Source of the DNA: Longivirga aurantiaca
Lineage (GTDB): Bacteria > Actinomycetota > Actinomycetes > S36-B12 > CAIYMF01
Length of the DNA: 15,459 bases
NCBI RefSeq assembly: GCF_042660085.1
Contig: NZ_JBHSTI010000022.1
Location: 1 to 15,459 of the forward strand
Direction: 5' to 3'
Shown: one piece after another, positions 6,917 through 14,828 of the stretch
How the letters are laid out: every line of letters starts with the position of its first letter
How positions within the stretch are numbered: position 1 is the first letter of the stretch
Notes under the pieces: model-generated
What the model saw: the letters and a program-made list of their open reading frames with translations, nothing else
Database searches by the model: none
What the model was told of the DNA's origin: nothing
Program-made: the position numbers and the translations under genes

Positions 6917-7899
6917 TGGCCGTCACGACGATGGCGAAGGCCATCAACGCGGGCCTGCGCAAGGCGCTCGAGAACGACGAGAAGGTCCTGCTCATGGGGG
7001 AGGACATCGGCAAGCTCGGCGGCGTCTTCCGCGTGACCGACGGTCTGCAGAAGGACTTCGGCGAGGCGCGCGTGATCGACTCCCCGCTCGCCGAGAGCGG
7101 CATCATGGGCACCGCGGTCGGCCTCGCGATGGCCGGCTACCGGCCTGTGGTCGAGATCCAGTTCGACGGGTTCGTCTACCCGGCGTTCGACCAGATCGTG
7201 TCGCAGATCGCCAAGCACCGCGCCCGGTCCGCCGGCCGCACTCCGATGCCGATCACGATCCGCCTGCCGTTCGGCGGCGGCATCGGCGCGGTCGAGCACC
7301 ACAGCGAGTCGCCCGAGGCGTACTTCGCGCACACCGCCGGTCTGCGCGTGATCTCGCCGTCCAACCCGGTCGACGCGTTCGTCATGGTGCAGCAGGCGAT
7401 CGCGAGCGACGACCCGGTCGTCTTCCTCGAGCCCAAGCGCCGCTACTGGGACAAGGCCGACGTCGACGACACGGTCGACATCAGCCGCGCGCAGTCGCCG
7501 TTCACCGCGCGCGTCGTGCGGCCGGGCACCACCGCCACGCTCGCCTGCTACGGCCCGATGGTGCGCACCTGCTTGGAGGCCGCGCTCGCCGCCGAGTCCG
7601 ACGGCCTCGACCTCGAGGTGATCGACCTGCGCTCGGTGTCGCCGCTCGACATCCCGACGGTGGCCGCGTCCGTGCGCAAGACCGGGCGGCTCGTCGTCGT
7701 GCACGAGGCGTCGGTCTTCCTCGGCGTCGGCGCTGAGCTCGCGGCACGCGTCACCGAGGAGTGCTTCCACTCGCTCGAGGCTCCCGTGCTGCGAGTGGGC
7801 GGCTACCACACGCCGTATCCGCCGTCCCGGCTCGAGGAGGAGTACCTCCCCGACCTCGACCGCGTGCTCGACGCCGTCGACCGTTCGTTGGCGTACTGA
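6916..7899 (+). CDS. 2-oxoacid dehydrogenase E1 component, beta subunit
   Basis: 327 aa; MAVTTMAKAINAGLRKALENDEKVLLMGEDIGKLGGVFRVTDGLQKDFGEARVIDSPLAESGIMGTAVGLAMAGYRPVVEIQFDGF. Start overlaps the upstream stop (ATGA). Confidence 0.96.
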   Translation: MAVTTMAKAINAGLRKALENDEKVLLMGEDIGKLGGVFRVTDGLQKDFGEARVIDSPLAESGIMGTAVGLAMAGYRPVVEIQFDGFVYPAFDQIVSQIAKHRARSAGRTPMPITIRLPFGGGIGAVEHHSESPEAYFAHTAGLRVISPSNPVDAFVMVQQAIASDDPVVFLEPKRRYWDKADVDDTVDISRAQSPFTARVVRPGTTATLACYGPMVRTCLEAALAAESDGLDLEVIDLRSVSPLDIPTVAASVRKTGRLVVVHEASVFLGVGAELAARVTEECFHSLEAPVLRVGGYHTPYPPSRLEEEYLPDLDRVLDAVDRSLAY

Positions 7900-7910
7900 G
7901 GAGGGTGGAC

Positions 7911-9329
7911 ATGAGCGACATCAAGACGTTCCTGCTGCCCGACGTGGGCGAGGGCCTCACCGAGGCCGAGATCCTGACCTGGCACGTGAAGCCGGGCGAC
8001 ACGGTGGTGGTCAACCAGACCATCGTCGAGATCGAGACGGCGAAGGCCGCGGTCGAGCTGCCCTGCCCATACGCGGGCACGGTGACCGAGGTCTACGTCT
8101 CCGAGGGCGACACGGTCGAGGTCGGCACACCGATCATCGCGATCGCCACGGGCGCAACAGGTTCCGCGCCTGAGCCCGCCCTGTCACCCGCGAGCGACAT
8201 CGTGCCCGCGGTCGCCGTCGAGCCCGACGAGGGCAAGCGCGAGGCCGTGCTCGTCGGGTACGGCGTCAAGCAGACCGGCACGCCGCAGCGACGCCAGCGC
8301 GTCCCGCATGTGACGCCGCACGGCGCGCCCGAGGTCGAGGTCGGCCCGCCCGGCGAGGCCGCGCGCCCGGTGCGCTACGGCAGCCTCGAGGTCGGTCGGC
8401 ACACCGAGGAGGTGCTGTCGCGCCGCAGCCCGGTGCTCGCCAAGCCGCCGGTGCGCAAGCTCGCCAAGGATCTCGGCGTCGACCTCTCCACGGTCGACCC
8501 CACCGGCGACGGCGGCACGCTCACGCGTGCGGACGTCGAGCGCGCGGCCAAGCTCACCGGTCTCGCGCCGTCCACTCGTCCGGCGTACGCCGGTGCCTCG
8601 CGCACGGTCGCGCCCGAGCGCACCGGCCCCCGCGAGGAGCGCACGCCGGTCAAGGGCGTGCTGAAGATGATGAGCGAGGCGATGGTGGCGAGCGCCTTCA
8701 CCGCACCGCACGTCACCGAGTGGGTCGAGGTCGACGTCACGCGCACGGTCGAGCTCGTGGAGAGCCTGAGGAAGCGTCCCGAGCTCGAGGGCGTGAAGGT
8801 CAGCGCACTGCTGCTGGTCGCCGCGGGGCTCATCCGCGCGGCGCGCGCGTTCCCCGGCGTCAACTCCACGTGGGACGGCGAGGCCGGCGAGGTCGTCACC
8901 AAGCACTACGTCAACCTCGGCATCGCCGCGGCGACGCCCCGCGGCCTCATCGTGCCCAACATCAAGGACGCCGACCGGCTCGACCTCGTCGGGCTCGCGC
9001 GGGCGCTGCACGACCTCGTCGACGTTGCGAAGTCCGGGAAGACGCCGCCCGCCGACATGGCGGGTGGCACGATCACGATCACCAACGTGGGCGTCTTCGG
9101 CGTCGACGGCGGGACGCCGATCATCAATCCCGGTGAGTCCGCGATCCTGGCGATGGGCCGAGTGGCCCTGAAGCCGTGGGTCGTCGACGGCGAGGTGCGG
9201 GCTCGGCACGTCATGCAGCTCACGCTGTCGTTCGACCACCGTCACGTCGACGGCGCGCTGGGCTCGCAGGTGCTCGCGTCCGTCGCCCGATTCCTGGAGG
9301 ACCCCGCCCTTGACCTCGTCCTCGGCTGA
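7911..9329 (+). CDS. 2-oxoacid dehydrogenase E2 component (dihydrolipoamide acyltransferase)
   Basis: 472 aa from ATG 7911; lipoyl domain with ...IVEIETAKAAVELPCPYAG, peripheral-subunit-binding domain VRKLAKDLGVDLSTVDPTGDGGTLTRADVE, catalytic SFDHRHVDG. Confidence 0.95.
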   Translation: MSDIKTFLLPDVGEGLTEAEILTWHVKPGDTVVVNQTIVEIETAKAAVELPCPYAGTVTEVYVSEGDTVEVGTPIIAIATGATGSAPEPALSPASDIVPAVAVEPDEGKREAVLVGYGVKQTGTPQRRQRVPHVTPHGAPEVEVGPPGEAARPVRYGSLEVGRHTEEVLSRRSPVLAKPPVRKLAKDLGVDLSTVDPTGDGGTLTRADVERAAKLTGLAPSTRPAYAGASRTVAPERTGPREERTPVKGVLKMMSEAMVASAFTAPHVTEWVEVDVTRTVELVESLRKRPELEGVKVSALLLVAAGLIRAARAFPGVNSTWDGEAGEVVTKHYVNLGIAAATPRGLIVPNIKDADRLDLVGLARALHDLVDVAKSGKTPPADMAGGTITITNVGVFGVDGGTPIINPGESAILAMGRVALKPWVVDGEVRARHVMQLTLSFDHRHVDGALGSQVLASVARFLEDPALDLVLG

Positions 9330-10512
9330 CTCCCACCCGCACCCTTCGCGGCACCACGTGCCGGGCGACCCGACGACGGTCGCCCGGCTTCGTGCGACCC
9401 TCGCCGACTGGCTGACGCCGGACCACATCGGCTGGTCGGTGCGGCATGTGCGCGAGCTGCTGCCGACCGAGCGCATCCGATCGGCCGCGCAGCCGCGCGA
9501 GCTGCCGGAGCGGTTCGAGCCCACGCTGCTCGACCTCACGATCGAGGCGCACGACGGTCCGGTCGCGCTGCACGACCTGCTGCACGACGGCGAGCGCGAT
9601 GCCCTCGTCGTGCTGCACCAGGGCGAGCTCGTGCTCGAGTGGCTCGCGCCCGGTGTGCGCACCGACGAGCAGCACCTCGTCTTCTCCATCACCAAGTCGG
9701 TGACCGGTCTGCTCGCCGGCGCCCTGTCGTCGCGCGGCCTGCTCGACCTCGACGCGCTCGTGGTCGACGTCGTCCCCGAGGTCGCGGGCAGCGCGTTCGC
9801 CACCGCCACGGTCCGACAGCTGATGGACATGGAGGCGTCGTTCGCCTTCGTCGAGGACTACACGCCGGGGCCGGACCTCACGGCGTACCGGCACGCGGCG
9901 GGCTGGTACCCGGCCCCAGCGGGTGCCCCGGCCCTGCGCAACTTCCTCGCCACGCGTGAGCCGGACGGCGAGCACGGCGAGCGCTTCCGCTACCTCTCGC
10001 CGGCGATCGACCTGCTCGGCTGGGTGTGCGCTGCCTCGGCGGGCACCACGTGGGCCGAGGCGGTCGAGCGCTACCTCTGGCAGCCGGCAGGCACCGAGCT
10101 GGGCGCGCACGTCACGCTCGACCGCGAGGGCACCCCGCGCGCGGCAGGCGGGATGAGCGCGCTGCCCCGCGACGTCGCACGGCTCGGCCAGATCGTGGCC
10201 GAGCGCGGTGCGGGCCTCGTGTCGGAGGAGTTCGTCGACGACCTGCTCCACGCCGGGCACCGCGAGCAGTGGGCGCGCGGCGACTTCGCGTCGATGTGGG
10301 CCGACGGCGCCTACCGCTCGTGCTGGTACACGCCGAACATCGACCCCGACGTCGCGCTCGGCATGGGGATCCACGGTCAGATGCTGTACGTCGACGTCGC
10401 GCGCGAGGTGGTCGTCGTCGTCCTGTCGTCGTGGTCCGAGCCCGACGACGAGCAGTGGCACCTCGACAACCACGCCATCTGCCGCACGATCGCCCACACC
10501 GTCGGTGGCTGA
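9310..10512 (+). CDS. Serine hydrolase of the beta-lactamase/6-aminohexanoate-dimer hydrolase-like superfamily
   Basis: Up to 400 aa; SITKSVTGLLAG (SxxK), Tyr-containing region YRHAAGW..., C-terminal GMGIHGQMLYVDVAREVVVVVLSSW. The true start may be GTG 9358 rather than TTG 9310. Confidence 0.85.
   Translation: MTSSSADSHPHPSRHHVPGDPTTVARLRATLADWLTPDHIGWSVRHVRELLPTERIRSAAQPRELPERFEPTLLDLTIEAHDGPVALHDLLHDGERDALVVLHQGELVLEWLAPGVRTDEQHLVFSITKSVTGLLAGALSSRGLLDLDALVVDVVPEVAGSAFATATVRQLMDMEASFAFVEDYTPGPDLTAYRHAAGWYPAPAGAPALRNFLATREPDGEHGERFRYLSPAIDLLGWVCAASAGTTWAEAVERYLWQPAGTELGAHVTLDREGTPRAAGGMSALPRDVARLGQIVAERGAGLVSEEFVDDLLHAGHREQWARGDFASMWADGAYRSCWYTPNIDPDVALGMGIHGQMLYVDVAREVVVVVLSSWSEPDDEQWHLDNHAICRTIAHTVGG
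9349..9363 (+). promoter_or_regulatory. Small hairpin over a candidate GTG start of the serine hydrolase gene
   Basis: CGGCAC-cac-GTGCCG; the 3' arm begins at the in-frame GTG at 9358. Confidence 0.25.
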
Positions 10513-10518
10513 GCGACT

Positions 10519-10580
10519 CGAGTCACTGCCCGAATGGTCGCTGAAGCGGTTCGTTCAGCGACCACATGGGCAGTGACTCG
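10519..10580. terminator. 62-nt near-perfect inverted repeat between convergent genes, likely bidirectional terminator
   Basis: CGAGTCACTGCCC-gaa-TGGTCGCTGAA-gcggttcg-TTCAGCGACCA-cat-GGGCAGTGACTCG: 13 bp plus 11 bp perfect stems, 3x3 internal bulge, 8 nt loop. Confidence 0.7.
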
Positions 10581-10588
10581 GAGCCCCG

Positions 10589-11434
10589 CTACGGCGTGAT
10601 GGCGAGGGCGGCGGGCACCCGCGCGGCGAGGTCGGCGTCGCCGGTCAGCTCGACCCTGGCCAGGACGGCGGGGTCGGTGACGTCGAGCCGCCCGGTGGTC
10701 AGTCGGGCGTACGTCTCCCAGTCGGTGCTGACGCCGATGGTCGGCTCGTCGACCGGCGCGATGTCGGCGCCCTTGCCGGCGGGCGTGACCTCGGCGTACC
10801 GCTCGAACTCGATCGGTCCGGTGACGGTGAGCCGGATGGTGGTGCCGGGTGGTGCCTCGACGTTCTTGGCGAGCATGAAGCCGAGCGTGCGCACCATCTG
10901 CACGGCGGCCACCTGCGCGCCGGCCGTCCTCAGGTTCGCCGGCAGCTGCACGGCGCGGCGGATGTCCTGCTCGTGCGTCCAGGTGTCGAACGTGCGCATC
11001 CGCACCATGCGGTCGAGCGGCACCGGCGTGCCGAAGACGCCCATCACCTCGGTCTCGAGGGTGAGCGGGTCGAGCGCCATGATCTGCCCGAGCCGCACGT
11101 CGGCGAGACCGGCGAGCTCGTCGCAGCACTCCTGCTGCGGCTGACCGCGGCGTACGTCGACACCGGTCTCGGTCAGCCGCCCGAAGTCGTTCGCGATGTG
11201 CGGGAAGCGCGACCAGTCGATCTCGTGCTCCGGCTGCGGCCGACCCGCCATGAACGACTCGATCCACGCGAGGTGGCGGACGACGTCGCCCGCGCTCCAG
11301 CCGGGGCACTCCGTCGGTGCCTCCCACTGCTCGGGGGAGAGCCGGCGGCCCAGCTCGGCGACGGTGTGCAGCGCGTCGTTCCACGCGGCGAGCAGCTCGC
11401 GCACGCCGTACGACTCCGCGGGAAGGGTGCTCAT
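10589..11434 (-). CDS. Maleylpyruvate isomerase family (MDMPI/TIGR03083-like) mycothiol-dependent enzyme-type protein
   Basis: 281 aa, MSTLPAESYGVRELLAAWNDALHTVAELGRRLSPEQWEAPTECPGWSAGDVVRHLAWIESFMAG...MRTFDTWTHEQDIRRAV; CPGW and the D-x-W-T-H-E-Q-D-I-R motif. Confidence 0.85.
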   Translation of the reverse strand: MSTLPAESYGVRELLAAWNDALHTVAELGRRLSPEQWEAPTECPGWSAGDVVRHLAWIESFMAGRPQPEHEIDWSRFPHIANDFGRLTETGVDVRRGQPQQECCDELAGLADVRLGQIMALDPLTLETEVMGVFGTPVPLDRMVRMRTFDTWTHEQDIRRAVQLPANLRTAGAQVAAVQMVRTLGFMLAKNVEAPPGTTIRLTVTGPIEFERYAEVTPAGKGADIAPVDEPTIGVSTDWETYARLTTGRLDVTDPAVLARVELTGDADLAARVPAALAITP

Positions 11435-11525
11435 GCGCCCCAGGCTAGACGCGGCCCCGCCCGTTCCCGCAGGTAATCCGGGCGTCGCGGCGGCCCAGGT
11501 CTCGGCGGGACCCGGCCGGGGCAGG

Positions 11526-12953
11526 ATGGGCGTCGTGACCCTCACGGCGCACTGGGTGCGCGGCTGGCTCGAGCGGCCGGACGACGTCGTCCTCGTCGAC
11601 GGCGACGACGGCTGGGCCCTGACGGGCGCGGCGATGGAGGCCGCCACGCACGAGCTCGCCGGCCGGCTCGCGGCAGCGGGCGTCGGCGCGGGGGACCGGG
11701 TCCTGCTGTCACGGTCGCCCTCGGTCGAGACGGTGCTGGCGTACGTCGCGGTCCTGCGGCTCGGTGCCGTCGTCGTCCCCGCCAGCACGGCGTACACCGC
11801 GCGCGAGCTCGCCCACATCGTCGGCGACGTGCGGCCGGTGCTCGCGCTGGTCGACGACGTCTCGCGCATCGACGGCGTGCGCGCGTATGGCGGCCGCCTC
11901 GACGACCTGCCACCGGGCGTCGCGGTCAGGCTCGACGCCGCGGTCAGCGACGACCTCGCGATGGTGGCGTACACCAGCGGCACCACCGGAGCGCCCAAGG
12001 GCGCGATGCTCAGCCACGGCAACCTGCTGGCGGGCGCACAGGCGCTGGTGCGGACCTGGGGCTGGACGCCGTCCGACCGCCTGCTGCACACGCTGCCGCT
12101 GTTCCACATGCACGGCCTCGGCGCGGGGCTGAACGGCTCGTTCACTGCGGGCGCCTCTGTGGTGCTCTCGCGCTTCGAGCCCGGGCTCGTGGTCGAGACA
12201 GCTGCGTCGTACGGCGCGACGCTCTACTTCGGCGTCCCGACCATGTACGCGAAGCTCGCCGAGTCCGGCTGTCTCGCCGGGCTGCGCGGGCTGCGGCTGC
12301 TCGTGTCGGGGTCGGCGCCGCTCGACCCGGTGCTGTTCGGCCGCATCGCCGAGGAGGCCGGGCAGGCGCCCGTCGAGCGCTACGGCATGACCGAGACGGT
12401 CATGCTCACGTCGAACGCCCTCGACGACCGCGTGCCCGGATGCGTGGGGTGCGCGCTGCCCGGAGTCCAGGTGCGGCTCGGGGACGGCGGAGCCGTGGAG
12501 GTCAAGGGCCCCAACGTCTTCCGCGGGTACTGGGAGCGGCCGGAGGCCTCGGCGGCGGCGTTCACCGACGACGGCTTCTTCCGCACCGGCGACATCGGCA
12601 CGCTCGACGACCAGGGCCGCCTTCGCCTCGTCGGCCGTGCGAGCGAGCTCATCATCACCGGCGGCTACAACGTCTACCCGCGCGAGGTCGAGGACGTGCT
12701 GCGCGAGCACCCCTCCGTCGCCGATGTGGCTGTGGTGGGCCTTCCCGACGCGACCTGGGGCGAGACGGTCGCAGCCTTCGTGGTGCCGACGGAGGCCGGA
12801 CTGTTCGACGCCGAGGTGCTTGCGGCACACGCGTCGGCGGGGCTCGCGGCGTACAAGACCCCGCGCACCTGGCTCGCGGTGGACGAGCTGCCGCGCAACG
12901 CGATGGGCAAGGTGCAGCGCGACGTCCTGCGCACCTTCCACCTCTCACGCTGA
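11526..12953 (+). CDS. AMP-dependent acyl-CoA synthetase/ligase (MatB/malonyl-CoA synthetase-like)
   Basis: MGVVTLTAHWVRGWLERPDDVVLVDGDDGW...; VAYTSGTTGAPKGAMLSHGNLL, LPLFHMHGLGAGLNGSFTAGASVVLSRFEP, YGMTETVM, YNVYPREVEDVL, LPRNAMGKVQRDVL. Confidence 0.92.
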   Translation: MGVVTLTAHWVRGWLERPDDVVLVDGDDGWALTGAAMEAATHELAGRLAAAGVGAGDRVLLSRSPSVETVLAYVAVLRLGAVVVPASTAYTARELAHIVGDVRPVLALVDDVSRIDGVRAYGGRLDDLPPGVAVRLDAAVSDDLAMVAYTSGTTGAPKGAMLSHGNLLAGAQALVRTWGWTPSDRLLHTLPLFHMHGLGAGLNGSFTAGASVVLSRFEPGLVVETAASYGATLYFGVPTMYAKLAESGCLAGLRGLRLLVSGSAPLDPVLFGRIAEEAGQAPVERYGMTETVMLTSNALDDRVPGCVGCALPGVQVRLGDGGAVEVKGPNVFRGYWERPEASAAAFTDDGFFRTGDIGTLDDQGRLRLVGRASELIITGGYNVYPREVEDVLREHPSVADVAVVGLPDATWGETVAAFVVPTEAGLFDAEVLAAHASAGLAAYKTPRTWLAVDELPRNAMGKVQRDVLRTFHLSR

Positions 12954-13004
12954 CACTGATCATTCCGTCGTTTCCCGGGCCAGGAAGCGACGGATCGATC
13001 AGTG
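12954..13004 (+). repeat. Hairpin repeat family, copy R2
   Basis: CACTGATCATTCCGTCGTTTCC-CGGGCCA-GGAAGCGACGGATCGATCAGTG: 22-position stem with 19 Watson-Crick pairs, 1 GU and 2 mismatches, and a 7 nt loop. Confidence 0.9.
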
Positions 13005-13031
13005 CGCGCGAGGGGCTGCGAGGATGCGCGC

Positions 13032-13484
13032 GTGAGCATCTTCGAGGGCGACGACGAGACCGAGGTCGACCTCGGCCGGGTGTCCGAGCTGGCGTCGGCG
13101 GTGCCGCACGACCTGCGCCTCGACCCGCTGCGTGGGGCGATCGGCGCGCTGCTCGACGAGGCCGGCACCCGGGTCGGCACGATCGTCGCCGACGTCGAGG
13201 TGTGGTGGCGCAAGGAGGGGCTGCTCCGCAGACGCGACGTCGACCCGCGCGAGAGCGTGATCGTCGAGGTGTCGTTCGACCCCGTCGCCCTCGACGACGA
13301 CGGCTACCCGACGGTGCTGCCGTGGGTGGAGGCCTCCTTCGAGGCGGACGACGTCGAGGTGGCCGACCTGCTGTCCGGGCGGCTCGCCTACCCCGACCGC
13401 GACCTCGCGATCACGTGGTTCGGCGCGGGCGACGCCGCCCGCGAGCGCCTCGCGTGGCATACGCGGTTCGACGACCCTGCGTGA
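13032..13484 (+). CDS. Hypothetical protein, acidic, 150 aa
   Basis: GTG start; MSIFEGDDETEVDLGRVSELASAVPHDLRLDPLRGAIGALLDEAG...; good third-position GC frame; no family recognised. Confidence 0.7.
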   Translation: MSIFEGDDETEVDLGRVSELASAVPHDLRLDPLRGAIGALLDEAGTRVGTIVADVEVWWRKEGLLRRRDVDPRESVIVEVSFDPVALDDDGYPTVLPWVEASFEADDVEVADLLSGRLAYPDRDLAITWFGAGDAARERLAWHTRFDDPA

Positions 13485-13528
13485 CCCGCCGTACCGAACC
13501 CGGCGCGGCGCCGACCCCTTCCGTGAGC

Positions 13529-13575
13529 CGGATCAACCCGTCGCTTCCTGCCCCGGGATACGACGGATTGATCAG
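13529..13575 (+). repeat. Hairpin repeat family, copy R3
   Basis: CCGGATCAACCCGTCGCTTCC-TGCCCCG-GGATACGACGGATTGATCAG: 16 of 20 aligned stem positions pair; 7 nt loop; 3' tail TGCGAGCGGTGGGGG. Stem coordinates 13529-13548 and 13556-13575. Confidence 0.85.
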
Positions 13576-13614
13576 TGCGAGCGGTGGGGGTGGGCGGGCT
13601 GGGATGATGCGGGC

Positions 13615-14388
13615 ATGACGCGTGTGGCCCTGGTGCAGCTCGACTCCTCCGACACCGAGACGCCTGCCGACCGCCTCGACCGGGCGGCCGGGATCGTGGA
13701 GCGGCTCGTCGACGTCGACCTCGCAGTGCTGCCCGAGCTCTGGCACGTCGGCGCCTTCGACCTCGAGCTCGCGAAGGCCGAGGCGCAGCCGATCGACGGC
13801 CCGGTGGTCACGCGGATGCGGGCTGCAGCACGCACGGCTGGCATCACGCTGCACATGGGCTCGTTCGCCGAGGCGTCCGCCGGCAACCGCTACAACACCT
13901 CGGTCGTGATCGACGCCGACGGCGAGATCCTCGCGACGTACCGCAAGCAGCACCTCTTCGGCTGGGAGGACGGCGAGCCCTCGGTGATGACCGCGGGCGA
14001 CTCGCTCACCGTGCTGCCGACCGCGCTGGGCGCCACCGGCCTTGCCACCTGCTACGACCTGCGCTTCCCCGAGCTGTTCCGCCGGCTGGTCGACTCCGGC
14101 GCCGAGACGTTCCTGCTGTCGTCGGGGTGGCCGATCACCCGCATCGAGCACTGGCAGGTGCTCGCGCGAGCGCGCGCGATCGAGGACCAGGCCTGGGTCG
14201 TCGCGTGCAACGGCGCGGGGAACCACGTCGGCGTCCAGCTCGGCGGCCACTCGGTCGTGGTCGACCCGCGCGGCACCGTCGTCGCCGAGGCCGGCGTCGA
14301 GGAGGAGATCCTGTACGCCGAGATCGATCCGGCTGCGGCACGTGACTGGCGGATGGCGTTCCCCGTGCTGGCCGATCGCCGCCTGTAG
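13615..14388 (+). CDS. Carbon-nitrogen hydrolase (nitrilase superfamily amidohydrolase)
   Basis: 257 aa; MTRVALVQLDSSDTETPADRL..., VLPELW, YRKQHLFGWE, GLATCYDLRFPELFR (Glu-Lys-Cys triad), GHSVVVDPRGTVVAEAG. Confidence 0.92.
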   Translation: MTRVALVQLDSSDTETPADRLDRAAGIVERLVDVDLAVLPELWHVGAFDLELAKAEAQPIDGPVVTRMRAAARTAGITLHMGSFAEASAGNRYNTSVVIDADGEILATYRKQHLFGWEDGEPSVMTAGDSLTVLPTALGATGLATCYDLRFPELFRRLVDSGAETFLLSSGWPITRIEHWQVLARARAIEDQAWVVACNGAGNHVGVQLGGHSVVVDPRGTVVAEAGVEEEILYAEIDPAAARDWRMAFPVLADRRL

Positions 14389-14429
14389 CCCGTACGGCGG
14401 CTCCCGCTGCCGCACCCAGCAGGTGGGAT

Positions 14430-14828
14430 GTGCCGATGGGACTCCTCGACCGGCTGAAGCGCTCGAGGAACGACGAGGTCGACCCCGACGAGCGCTCGCC
14501 TCAGCTCGGCATCAAGTACAAGGACCTCATGGTCGTCGAGCAGATGGTGAAGGCCGGCGCCGACCTCTCAGAGCCGCGGCACTGGATCTACTACCTCTAT
14601 CTGCCCACCGAGGCGCTGGCCGAGGAGGCCGCGGTCGAGGCTCGGGCTGCGGGGTGGGGGACGGTGGTCCGTCCGAGTGCCGACGAGGCCTCGACCCAGT
14701 GGTGCGTGGTGGCCGAGCAGCACGACGTCGTCCTCACCCCTGCGCTGCTCACCGACGCCGACAACCTCTTCCAGGGCATCGCCGACCGGCTCGACGGCGA
14801 CTACGACGGCTGGGAGGCGTCGGTCTAG
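14430..14828 (+). CDS. Small protein resembling the RraB (ribonuclease E inhibitor) family
   Basis: MGLLDRLKRSRNDEVDPDERSPQLGIKYKDLMVVEQMVKAGADLSEPRHWIYYLYLPTEALAEEAAVEARAAGWGTVVRPS...LTDADNLFQGIADRLDGDYDGWEASV. GTG 14430 or ATG 14436 start. Confidence 0.6.
   Translation: MPMGLLDRLKRSRNDEVDPDERSPQLGIKYKDLMVVEQMVKAGADLSEPRHWIYYLYLPTEALAEEAAVEARAAGWGTVVRPSADEASTQWCVVAEQHDVVLTPALLTDADNLFQGIADRLDGDYDGWEASV

Noticed and set aside
12440-13618. A peptide similar to INPSLPGPGSDGLIS appears in ORFs across all three hairpin copies, suggesting a conserved protein motif
   Set aside because: It is the translation of the conserved stem arms. The loops differ at nucleotide level, stem changes are compensatory, and the carrying ORFs are otherwise spurious, so the conservation is of DNA/RNA structure.
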